Positions 28,436 to 39,735 of a stretch of 64,000 nucleotides of DNA are shown in pieces. Below the pieces are notes generated by a model, which had not been told where the DNA came from, did no database searches, and saw only the letters and a list, made by a program, of their open reading frames with translations. This stretch comes from Phaeosaccion multiseriatum (taxonomy: Eukaryota; Protista; Ochrophyta, other classes). The position numbers and the translations under genes were made by a program. The stretch lies in the NCBI GenBank assembly GCA_965112735.1, contig OZ218958.1, positions 3,286,001 to 3,350,000 on the forward strand, read 5' to 3'. The first letter of the stretch is position 1. Each line of letters begins with the position of its first letter.

Positions 28436-31196
28436 AAGGCCCAGGATAGGCCAGTACCGTGGGATGAACATCAACAGGGTCTGCAGCCTGGCGGACTTGT
28501 CCTACGCCGCGGGGGGGGGGGGGGAGGGGCAGCTGTTGAAGGAAGCACAGAGGGGCGCGCCAAGGCACGCAGGGTAAGAAGGGTCCTCAGGCAGCAGTCA
28601 ATGAGGAGCAACTGTACTTCAGGGCTCAGCATTCAGACTCAGCAGTTCCCTCGACCACTTCTTCCCGCAGACCATTTCGCACAGGGCGGGAGTGGCGGGC
28701 ATGAGTGTCGCTGGCCAGTACTACTGGCAACAACGACAAGTCTTGCCTTGGCATTGCTGTCCCACACGTCAGAGAGGCAGGCACACCAAGCCCAGGGTAT
28801 AAACCCTGCTCCTCCAGGGAAAAGCGGGAGAGTGGAGGAGGGTAGCAGCGAGGGGTGCCCACAAGACACAGCAAGGCTAATGTCCCTCGCGCAGTGGCTC
28901 TGGTGGGAGGAAGCCAAAGCCGTGCAGCGCGGAGGAGGCGACTGCGCACAGGAGGGGGTGACGGCGGAGGAGGTAGTGGTGCACAAGGAGAGAGGGAGGA
29001 GAGGCGGCAAGGGCGTCACGCGCCCGCCCTCACGCGTCGGCCGAAGGGCAGCAGTAGGCGGCAGAAGGAGGAGGGAGGAGTCGACCTCGTCGCAAGGGGC
29101 GAGCAGTGTGTTGTACCTTCTTAGTCCTTGCATGGCACGTTACCAACACTCCTCAGTGAGGCCCGAGCGTACCTATAAAGCCTAGTAGTACTATAGGGGC
29201 AGTGTAGACATCGATATCCAGTGTCGAGTTGACAAGAGACGTGGAAGAAGCAAATTTTGAAAACAACATGGCGCCAAAATGTGCTAAATCGCGAGAATAC
29301 TCGAGGTTTAGAGAATGCACTACCAGAGCGTTGCTCCCAATGGTAGGTCTCCTATTAGCCTGGAAAGGAAAGGAAGAAGTGATAAGCAATCGGCCCCTAC
29401 ACAGTTACAGAATGTTTTGGAGCGTCACCGCTGTAACGGCTGAGGAAGTCCTGACCCCTATGAAATTAACCCCGGGGTAGACTCGACCGACGGCAACAAA
29501 ATCATTAGCTCTTCCCCCCTCCACCAGCAGCGGGAAACAGCGTGCGCGCGAGCACCACCACACCACACACACAGCAGCAGCGGGGAGCCATTCCCGCGCT
29601 AGCGCCGTTCCCTCTGCTGCACCACAGACAGAGCAGCGGGAAGCGCCCATTATTCATTAGCGCGAGTGCGGAGCGGAGCGCCGTCTCATCCCTCCCACAC
29701 CGCACGGGAAATAGTCCTGCGCGAGCACCACCACACAGCAGCGGGCGCGAGCGCCGTTCCTCCTGGCTGCTGCGCCACAGAGCAAGTGCCGCCGTTGCTC
29801 CCTGCTAGTTCTGCGCCATTCCCGCGGGAACGGAGCGGAGCTCCAGAGGCCCCAAGACTTTGGTGTTGTTGTTTGTTGTTTCTGGGGCAGCACACCACGC
29901 ACCATCCCCCCGGGACGCTGAGGCTGAGGCTGCGCCGGCCCGCCGCAATTGCCCATCATGTCGTCGGGCAAGAGAAAGGTGCGTTGCTTGTTGTTGCTTG
30001 TTGTAGCTTGTGTGCTGGCAGGACACGCGGCCTGGCTCGATGTCTTGCTTGCTTCCTCACTCGCTCCTGTCCATGCTATGGCTTCGTCACCTGCCTGTGC
30101 TGGCCCCACCACAGAGAACGACAACAACCACTCTCATGGGTATCGGGGGAAAGACCCCCGCGGCGATTAAGAAAGCGACTGGCCAGGCCTTCGTGCAGCG
30201 CACCCTCGACGTCGAGTCCCAGTCATTTAGCGCCACGCCCATGCCACAGGCCTTGGGGCTGGCTGCAAATTGCGCGCTTGTGGTCAGGCCATACTGCAGC
30301 AGGACAAGACCAAGGGGGAAGGAGAGAGCTTCTTGCAGGGCAAGGCCTTCGTCCACAGCCTCGAAGACCGACGCAAGCGCCGCAACAAGGTACGCGCTTC
30401 GCCCTTCCTTCATTCGTTCACTCTTTCCCTTCCTTTTGTCGTTACTTGTACTTGCTTCTCTCCCAACTACACGCGCTTCGCCCTCTCCTTTCGCTACCTG
30501 ACTTCATTCATTGGCACTTTCTTTGTATTAAAATACAACAACAGGACGAGCTCCCGGGCGTGCAGGAGGGCCTCGTTCGCCTTTTCTGTGACACCCAACG
30601 GCGTGACGCAGGGCACGTTCGATCGAGTTCGAGACCGAAGCGGACTTTTGCAGGGAGGCTGTTCGGCAGACAGGCACCGCCCGTGGGGATGACTAGATGT
30701 GCAACATGCTGCAGCTGGCCGTGGACCTTTCTGCTGGGGGCAACAACGAGGGAGTCCGTCTCGACACCATGCTGGCCGGGGGGGACGACGAGACCGTGCT
30801 CGTCAAGTGCCTGGCCCACGCTGTGCGGCGCCAGGCTGTCCCCCCCCCCTCCATCTGCTCGGCGGGGGTGCCCATCAGCCAGCGTCGCACCGACAGAATG
30901 CTCGAGAGAGGCTTTTCTGTGGTGCCAGCAGCAACAGCAGCAGCTGAGGAAGCGAGCGACGCAGCAAACCGCATCTCCCTCTTCTTGGATGCGGGAGAGG
31001 GGAAGCGCAAGTGCAGCAGCTTTGGGCACATTGCCATGGAGGCCGTGGTGGAGGCCCTGGAGGAGAACGCCGACGACGAGCAAATGGGCCAGGAACTTTT
31101 GCGAGCCGTCGCCAGGTGCTTGCTCGTCGAGGGAGGCTACACCCTCTTCGGAGAGCTGCTGGCCTCCGTCGGCAGCAGGGCAGGTCTCCAGCACCA

Positions 31197-31542
31197 CCCG
31201 GTCAACAGCTTGACTGTGTGTGGCGGAGGAGAGGGCATGATGGAGCCCGTCGCCGAGATCATGCACAACGCCCTCGCTCGTCACCTCGGTCCTGAGCATG
31301 CCGTGCTGCGATACAACCAGGAGAGCAAGACCTTCCACCTGTCCACCTCCTCTCGTCCGGACATTCAAGTCGGCATGTCCGGACGAGAGGAGGTGGACAG
31401 GTGGAAGGTCTTGCTCTCCTAGTTGTATCGCAGCACGGCATGCTCAGGACCGAGGTGACGAGCGAGGGCGTTGTGCATGATGTCGGCGACGGGCTCCGTC
31501 ATGCCCTCTCCTCCGCCACACACAGACAAGCTGTTGACGGGC
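31197..31542. repeat. Long palindrome 1 (arms of about 165 bp, 10-nt loop)
   Basis: 31201-31364 is the near-perfect reverse complement of 31375-31538; loop tcaagtcggc. Confidence 0.95.
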
Positions 31543-31596
31543 TGTACGCATCGTCGCCGGCCACCACGCGGGAACCTCTTGGCGTCCTTCCCTCGG

Positions 31597-31632
<36 letters not shown>

Positions 31633-31959
31633 GGGGACCAACAGCTCATCCTCGACGTGCAGAGCAGCTCAGCCTTGTCGAGCGACGCGCGCCAGCAAAT
31701 GCTGTACGAGGCTCTTGCTGGGGGCCGCTCCAAGGACACTCCTTCGCCCCCCACAGAGGAGGAAGACGAGGCGGCTCCGGTGGCGAGGCAGCGCATTCTG
31801 GCCTTCGTAGAGCCCCCCCCAGCAGTCACGGATGCGGACTTGTTTACCACGGCCACTCGTCCCTTCGTCGACATGGTGCTCAGCGAAGAGGGGGACCGCA
31901 ACAGGCTGAGAAACGAGGCGCTCAGAGTGGTTGCTCGAACCCTCCTCTTCGTACGGCTT

Positions 31960-33125
31960 GCAGTGACGATGATGGCGCCCCCGGGAGCCTCTCACGCAGC
32001 GTGGAGTGCGCGCTGGAGCTTGGGCCGATGTTGAAGGAGGGCGTTGTGGACGCTCCTCTTCTCCACCACGACCCACACGTCCGCACCGGCAGCAAGCCAG
32101 CCAGTGGCTTTGAGAATGGCGAGAATGTGGCGCACCACGCCAGCTTGGGCTGTCAAGGACGCCGTGCTGCCTGAACTCGACCTCAAGAGCACGACGGCAG
32201 CGCCCCGAGGGGTGGTGGGAGGACGAGGCGGAGGAAACGGAGGAGGGGGGAGGCACTGACGATGAGAATGCGGTTCGTCGATCCCATGGCCGCCCACGGT
32301 TGCGCAGCCGTCTCTTCCTCTCTCTGCTGCTCCGGAGCAGCCTACGGGGGGGCAGGCGGAATGGGCGCTGCCAACCACCGCCCTGCTCTGCTTCGGCGTG
32401 AAGGTGACGTGGATGGAAAGGCGTGGGGTGTCGTCGCGTGGTAGTAGGTGTGCCGCAAAGGCCGTAATGTCTTGCATCTCGGTCATGATGTTCTTGAAGC
32501 GTGCGACATCGGGCACAAGGAAATCCGCATTCCTTGTGCCCGATGTCGCACGCTTCAAGTACATCATGACCGAGATGCAAGGCGTTGCCCTCAAGCTGCA
32601 GGAGGCCTTTGCGGCACACCTACTTCCGCGCGACGACGCCCCAGGCCTTTCAATACACGTCACCTTCACGCCGAAGCAGAGCAGGGCGGTGGTGGGCAGC
32701 GCCTCTGCCCCCATCATTCCGGAGCAGCAGAGAGAGGAAGAGACGGCTGCGCAAGCGTCGGCGGCCATGGGATCGACGAACCGCATTCTCGTCGTCAAGG
32801 CATCCGACGAAGTGGAGTGCCTCCCCCCTCCTCCGTCTCCTCGGCCTGGTCCTCCCACCACTCCCACCACCACTCGGGGCGCTGCCGTCGTGCTCTTGAG
32901 GTCGAGTTCAGGCAGCACGGCGTCCTTGAGGGCCCCCCTCGCTGGCGTGGTGCGCCGCATTCTGGCCATTCTCAAAGCCACTGGCTGGCTTGCTGCCGGT
33001 GCGGACGTGTGGGTCGTGGTGGAGAAGAGGAGCATCCACAACGCCCTCCTTCAACATCGGCCCAAGCTCAAGTGCGCACTCGACGCTGCGCGAGAGGCTC
33101 ACGGGGGCGCCATCATCGTCACTGC
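31960..33125. repeat. Long palindrome 2 (arms of about 560-600 bp, 7-nt loop)
   Basis: 31960-32522 pairs with 32530-33125 around the loop atccgca. The arms differ by substitutions and several indels. Confidence 0.95.
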
Positions 33126-33220
33126 CGTCCTCAGTCGCTTATGCCGCGACCCGGGCATAGCGCAGACCATTCTCACAGAAGCAGCAGGGAGCGAAGTGGT
33201 CTTTTCCGTCCCCGAGCCCC
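32878..33220 (+). CDS. Serine recombinase (resolvase/invertase/IS607 TnpA-type) catalytic-like domain within ORF 32398-33639
   Basis: AVVLLRSSS ... EKRS..LQHRPKLKCALDAARE..GAIIVTAVLSRLCRD ... AGSEVVF parallels YxRVSS ... SG..RPGLxxLL ... lvvxxlDRLxR ... gv.iv with the correct order and spacing. Matched by eye only. Confidence 0.55.
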
Positions 33221-33501
33221 TGCTCCGCACCTGCCAAGAACCCAACAAGTCAGGCGCAGGAGAGCCCCCCCCGAGACTCCACCAGGCCATCTACGGCCTC
33301 TCTTGCGTCAACCAGGCCAGCAGCGATGGCATGACACGCCACTGGGCGAACCACCACGCGGCCAGGGCCCTCATGGGCAGTCTTCTCTGCATCAAGGCTA
33401 CCGACCATCACGAGACGGGGGGCGAGGAGGAGGAGGAGGAGGAGGAGGAGGAGGAGGACGCCTTCTTCGGCGGCATCCTCGCATCCGAACCGTTCGTCGG
33501 T

Positions 33502-33770
33502 TGGTGGACGGGCTGGTGCGGGAGCACAGGTAGAAGTGCGTGGTGCTGTCAATGCTGGGTGGTTCCGGCATGGCGTTTGCAAGCGCGGCTGCGGTGGCTT
33601 CCACGAACGGTGTGGATGCGAGGATGCCGCCTTAACTGACTGGCTGTCGGCGGCATCCTCGCATCCACACCGTTCGTCGAAGCCACCGCAGCCGCGCTTG
33701 CAAACGCCACCGCCCAGCACGGACAGCACCACGCACTTCTACCTGTACTCCCGCACCAGCCCGTCCACCA
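33502..33770. repeat. Long palindrome 3 (arms of about 125 bp, 17-nt loop)
   Basis: 33502-33631 pairs with 33649-33770. The inner ~30 bp is also repeated at 33469-33500. Confidence 0.93.
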
Positions 33771-34290
33771 GTTGTCGTGGGATTGGTTCTTGTTTCCGGT
33801 CTCATGGTCGTTCTCGCGGAACACGCGGGTGTGTGGAAAGTTGATTCGTAAGTCAATGGCCCAGGCCCAGGCAGATACGGTGAGAACGGGTGGCGTGGCT
33901 CTCACTATCCTATGTGCGTAGGTGGTCGTTTAGGACTAGCATGAGATAAGTTAATAGAGGCAAGGCTGGCTTTGGGGTTGCTGTTACCTTGTCCGTGTGT
34001 CTAGTTCCATCCTATCTGTAGGCGACTTCCTATCCACTCATCGATTACCTGCCTTTTCCCATCCACTGCCTTCCCTCTCCTTCCTTCCTTCCTTCCTTCC
34101 CTCTCCTTCCTTCCTTCCTTCCTTCCCTCCTTCCCTCTCCTTCCTTCCTTCCTTCCTTCCTTCCTTCCTTCCTTCCTTCCTTCCTTTCTTCCTTCCTTCC
34201 TTCCTTCCCTCCTTCCCTCTCCTTCCTCCCTCCCTCCCTCCCTCCCTCCCTCCCCTCCTTCCTCTGCGTGACTGACTGACTGGCAGGAGC

Positions 34291-34431
34291 ATGACGGAGC
34301 TTGTTGACCACCTCTCTCGCATGACGGAGAAGCGCTTCTCGGACGAAAGAGCTGCCCTCAAGAGAAGGCACAGCGTTGAGGTCAAGCGTCTGCACCGCTT
34401 CATTGTGAGTCATTGCGTCGGACTCTTTCGG

Positions 34432-34462
<31 letters not shown>

Positions 34463-35337
34463 CCCCTCTCTCTCTCTTTTTGTCTCTACCTGTCTTACTG
34501 TTTCTCACTCTCCCCCTCTCTGCCTCTCTGTCGCCCTCTCTCCCTCCCTCTCTCTCTGTCTCTCTCTCTCTCGCTGTTTCTCTCCCTCTCTCCCTCTCTT
34601 CCTCTCTGCCTCTCTCTCGCGCTCCGTCCCTCCCTCCCTCTCTATCTCTCAAATCTCTCTCTCTCTCCCTCTCTCCTGCTGCTCTCTCCTTCTTTGCCCC
34701 CCTCCCTCTCTATCACCCGACTCACCCTCCTCCCCCTCCCCTCGCACCACCCACCCACAATCGACATCCCGTCATCTCTCACTTCTCTCACTTCTCTCTC
34801 ACCTCTCTCACTTCTCTCACTTCTCTCACTTCTCTCACTTCTCTCACTTCTCTCACCTCTCACCTCTCTCGCCTCTGTCGCCTCTATCGCCTCTGTCGTG
34901 TCTCTCAGAGCTCTCTCACCAGCAGCTTCCAGAACCCCCGGGGGCAGCAGGTCCGAGACAAAGTGCTGCAGAAGGCTTGCACGACATTCCTCGTCCCCAG
35001 GTCAGAGCCAGAGCCAGAGAGAGAGAGAGAGAGAAAGAGGAGGAGGGGGGTGGGCAGGGGTATGGGTAGAAGCTGAGAGAGAGGGGGGCAGGGGCAGAGA
35101 CACAAAGAGAGGCAGAGGCCGACAGCCACAGAGAGGCAGAGGTAGAAGCAGAGAGGGAGGCAGGGGGTGGAGGCAAAGGCCGAGGCAGAGGCCCGGAGCG
35201 AGGGATGCTGTGCGAGCCTTTAAGCCTTCTCCCCCTCCCCACCCCTCCTCTCCTCAGATGATCGAGCTGTCGCTGGAGTACGCCTCTCCTGTGGACGACT
35301 TGTTTGCCCAGGCCGCCATCGAGGAGCCTAGACCGCA

Positions 35338-35390
<53 letters not shown>

Positions 35391-36163
35391 TGGTGGTACG
35401 GCAGGAGCAACAATTAGTGGTGCGGGAGGGGCAGCAGTTGGTGGTGCGGGAGGGGCAGCAGTTGGTGGTACGGCAGGAGCAGCCGCGTGCAGTGTCCCCG
35501 GTGCCCTTGTCTGGCGTAGCAACGACGGTGCAGGAGGCCCAAGGGCGTGACACCCAAGTAGAGAGGAAGGAGCTGAGCCCCGAGCAGAGGTTTACACCCC
35601 GCGGAGGGGCGGCGGCGAGAAGGGAGGTGAGAGGGATAGCAGCAATGAGAGGGGCAGTGAGAGGGGCAGTGAGAGGGACAGTGAGAGGGACAGTGAGAGG
35701 GACAGTGAGAGGGACAGTGAGAGGGGCAGCAGCGAGAGCGGCTGGAGCGGCTCGAGGAGGAGTGTGTCGAGGGGAAGCAGCGGCAGATTCTCGTGCAGCA
35801 GCGACTACGCCTGCGAGCGAGGAGAAGGAGGCCACGACAGTACCATGAGTCCACATGGGCTGCCGCAGCGGGAGAAGCAGCATCAGCAGGGGGTGATACG
35901 GCAGCAACCATCCCCTGTGGCAAGTGGGGAGACGACTCATGAGGAGTCCCCCTGGGCAGAGCCTCAGCCATCTGTGAATGCGTCTCCAACGACCGCTGCG
36001 GTAAGCCCCTCTGCCAGTTCTGCAGCTGCCGTGTCTCCCGGCCTGCTGCCCCCTGAGACTAGTGTGAGTTTAGTTCGTCTCCTGCATCTAGCGTGCTGCC
36101 CCCTGGGAATGATGCACCCCCTGGAACTATTTGTGAGCTCCCTGGGACAAGAGAAGTGGCCGC

Positions 36164-36199
<36 letters not shown>

Positions 36200-38655
36200 G
36201 TTGAGGGCCGACCATGCCTCCAAAGGGTGGGGGGTGATGGACAGTGACTGTGACTCCGAGGAAGACTCACAGTTGGCACAGCTCCAGAGAGAGGCGGACA
36301 GGGCGGAGGCAAAGCGCTTGGAGGCGGCAAGTGAGCTCGAGAGGGCGGAGAGAGGGGTGGACCAGCTGAGGAGGAGCAAGCAGCAGCCGCAGGAGGAGGA
36401 GGAGCAAAGGGCAAGGGAGGAGCAGGCACGGCAGGAGGCAGAACAGGCAGAGGAGGAGGACAGGGAGCGGAAGAGGCGAGAGGAACAGGCAGAGGCGGAG
36501 AGGGGGAGAGAGAAGACAAGGCGGAGGAGGAGGAGGGCGAGGGTGAGGAAGGCCAAGGAGAAGAGGGCCGAGTGGCTGAGGGAAGCTCACACGGCGGCGA
36601 GGGACAAAGCTGAGAAGCAGGAGGCCCAAGTAGAGGAGGTTGTGACTCAAGCCGAGCAGTTGGTGGTTCAGGCGGAGAGGGGCGTGAAGGAGCTCGAGAG
36701 AGTCAAGGCAGAGCGGGAGAGAGCGAAAGCGGAGGGCAAGGGCAAGGCAGAGGAGGAGAGGGGGGAGGGGGAGGTGGAGAAGGAGGAGGACGAGGAGGAG
36801 GAGAGGGAGGAGGATGTGCGAGAGGCCCAAGCAGGGGTAGCAGCGCTGGCCAAGCTGTGGGTAGCTCAGGCACATCTTTTGGACGTTACGGCAAAGGCGG
36901 TGCGTGAGCTCAAGGGGCAGCAGGAGGGAGACCTTCTTCTTGTCGAGCAGGACCAGCAGCAGCAGTTGGTGATACAGCAGCAGCTACAGCAGGAGGAGGA
37001 GGAGGAAGAGGAGGAGGAGGAGGAGGAGGAGGCTACATCTGATGAAGGGGGGGACGAAGAAGCACCACTAAGTGACACAGATGGTGACACCGCCAATGCT
37101 TTGGATGTGCAACAGGGGTAGGAGGAGGTGATGAATGTGTGGGTAGAGCAGCACCGGCGGACGCTCGTACAAGCACAGCAACGGCTCCAAACCGCACAAG
37201 AGGCTGTGACTGGGGCAGAGCGGGACCATACAGAGGCCGTGGAGCGAGCAGCGGCGCTGAGCAAGGCGGTAGGGAAGGAGAAGGAGAGGCGGAGGCTGAG
37301 GAGGAGGATCGAGGAGGCGAGGAGGGGTGAGCAGAGCGCTTGGGAGAGGGTGAGGGAGAAGGTCCTGGAGGGGCAAAGACTGGAGAGGCAGGTGAGGGCC
37401 GCGGCGGATGCCTTTCTTGCCCAGGGGGGGAAACGGAGAGGCCTCCAGCAGCAGCCTCTGGAGGGTCCAGGGGGGCAGCAGCTGCCCCAGCCCGAGGGGG
37501 GGGGGGGCAGGGGATGAGAGCGGGAGAGGGGCAGACGCCATAACAACAAGAATCAGGGCCAGTGTGAGTGCCAGTGAGGATGCCAGTGTGAGTGCCAGTG
37601 CTGGAGGAGCGGTCCAGGCCCAAGGGGACGCCGTAGCAGACCAGCAAGGGACGCAAGGGAGGGGAGGAAGGAGAGGGAGAAGGCACTCTAATGATGATCA
37701 GCACGAGGACAGTCGCGATGCCCGGACCCCTTCAGTGGAGCCCTCACTGGGCAGCGGGGACAGTCGGGAGGGAGAGCGGGGACAGGGAGGGGGAGGGGGA
37801 GGTGGAGGCACGCACCACCCGAATCGCGGTAAGCACCGCAGCCCCGTTCGGTCGCGGCGAAGTGAGGCCTCCGAGGGTGGCGAGGCGAGGAGGGAGAGAG
37901 GGGGGAGGCAAGGCAGCGACGGGGAAGGGCAGGGAGGGGCCTTAGGGCAGCGCATTCACACTGAAACTGGCTCGGACACTGATACCCTCACTGGCACGCA
38001 TAGTGGCAGCGAGGCAGCGAGGAGGCGGAGGAGGCGCAGGAGGAGAAGGAGGGGCAGCGGTGAGGGGATTGAGGGGGGGTGTGACGGTGAGGACTGGAGT
38101 CAGGAGCGCGACGGCGGAGGTGGAGAGGAGGTGTGGGAGGGGAGGAGGAGGAGGAGGAGGAGCAGCGTCGGCTCCTCTGGGCCTATTCCTTATCCGCCCC
38201 TCTCTCGGGGGGCGGCGGAGGCGGGCAGGCAGGGGCAACAGGGGGGCAGACGGCGGAGGAGCAGCCTTGGCGTGAGCGGACAGGACCGCAGACGAGAGAG
38301 CTTGTTGGCCGACTCTATAGAGCACTCCGTTGGTAGAGATGAAGACGCGGGGAGGAGGCAGAGGAGGAGGAGGAGGAGGAGGAGCCGCTCGCCCACACCC
38401 GACAGCCCGAGAGGAGGTGAGGGGGGTACTGAGGACACAAGAAGGGGCAGCACGACCCCCGGTAGAGGAAGCCCTAACAGCCCTCGGAGCGCCGCCAGCA
38501 GAGGGCAGGAGCAGGGGCAGTCATATGGGCATGGACGGGACGGAGAGGACTCCGAGTCGGTACTGAACGGCATCCTCAGGCACACCGCCACCTTAGCCGA
38601 CGCCGTGGCCAAGAGGCACATGTCGCTCGCCGTCTCAGCCGAGGCCTCCGAACAG
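34291..38655 (+). pseudogene. Low-complexity coiled-coil protein gene, apparently disrupted
   Basis: Exons 34291-34404 and about 34909-35000, then 35258 onward with E/R/Q-rich helices. In-frame TAG at 37119-37121, a frame change at the G-run near 37500, and a final donor GTAAGT at 38656 with no clear next exon. Confidence 0.45.
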
Positions 38656-39735
38656 TAAGTCAGTAAGTCAGTAAGCGAATGAGAGTGACGGGAGTGACGG
38701 TGAGGCTGAGGGGTGGGGCTTGTGTGGTTGTGTGTGTTGAGTTTGAGTGTTGAGCCTGCTGTACCCGTCTCGTCTCGCAACCAACACCGGGGCAGGGCAG
38801 GCAGGGCTCAGCGGCTCTACGCCCACCCCGAAGGAAGCCCCAAAGCTCCAAGGACAAGGGGACCTCTGCTCATTCTGAGACACCATCAGCACTCACGGAC
38901 ACTGTGTCCTGATACTGCTCACTGTGTCCTGACACTGCTTCCTGACACCTTCCCCTCTTGAAACTCACTGGAACTGCCACAGGCTCATCGGTATGGGGGC
39001 TTCCCTTGTGGGGGAGGGCAGCGCGGTGTATGAGGCAGCAAGCCCCACTGCTTCTCGCAACTCAAGCTGGCCCTACAGCGAAGCAGACTGACGCCTGACT
39101 TGAGGCCGTCTGCGCTTTGTAGTACCTGGTGTCCACCAGCTGGCCGTACGGCGAGGGCGGCTGAGAGAGGACTGAGTGAGGACTGACTAAAGAGGGAGAC
39201 AAAGAGGGAGGCTCTCTTGCTTGCACTCTGATATCTGTACCTGGTGTCAGCCCCAACCCCCTCGTGGCGCTGCGACTCCCACTCCTTGGATCCTACACCA
39301 ACCAACACACTTTTGAGTCTTTCCGTCCTGGCCGGCCCATAGCTAGCTAGGCCTACCCATCGACGCAGATGGCTCATTCCAGTGGCCGCCCCAAAGCTTC
39401 CTCAAACGGGAGAGCGGGAGGTGTCGGGCAGCGGCAGACGGTGGCAGCCTTCGTGGACTCTCTCTTGGCCTGGGTGAGTCGAGGCCTGGGCCTGCAGGCA
39501 GACACTCTGAGAGCAGGCAGGCAGTGATGATAACAAAAGACAGTTCAAGAGGGCACTTTGCTGTCGCACCGCAGCGGAAGGGAGGGGTGGGCGAGCGGAG
39601 GGTGGCAGGTCAGGATAGGCCTCACTCGAGCACTGTAGACGCTCCCACGTGGTACCATTCTAGTAGGGGCAGTTGAGCAGGACGATCAAAACAAATTCAC
39701 CAAAGAAATGTCTTAATTTTTTTTTTTAAAGTATT

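Larger units (their letters stand above)
29958..33639 (+). pseudogene. Fragmented gene ending in a serine-recombinase-like domain, broken by frameshifts and fold-back duplications
   Basis: Protein-like + strand segments (MSSGKRK|intron, about 30115-30389|intron, 30544-31364, about 31545-31950, 32530-33470) are separated by frame changes and by inverted copies of adjacent sequence. Confidence 0.45.

Noticed and set aside
31365-32530. Inverted arms removed as introns to restore one long ORF
   Set aside because: Candidate donors exist (gtcggc at 31369, gtacgg at 31951), but phase-compatible acceptors are weak AAG sites without pyrimidine tracts. Not supportable without cDNA.
31197-33770. Palindromes as amplification or assembly chimeras
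   Set aside because: The arms differ by many substitutions and indels, unlike artefactual fold-backs. Long reads would still be the final test.
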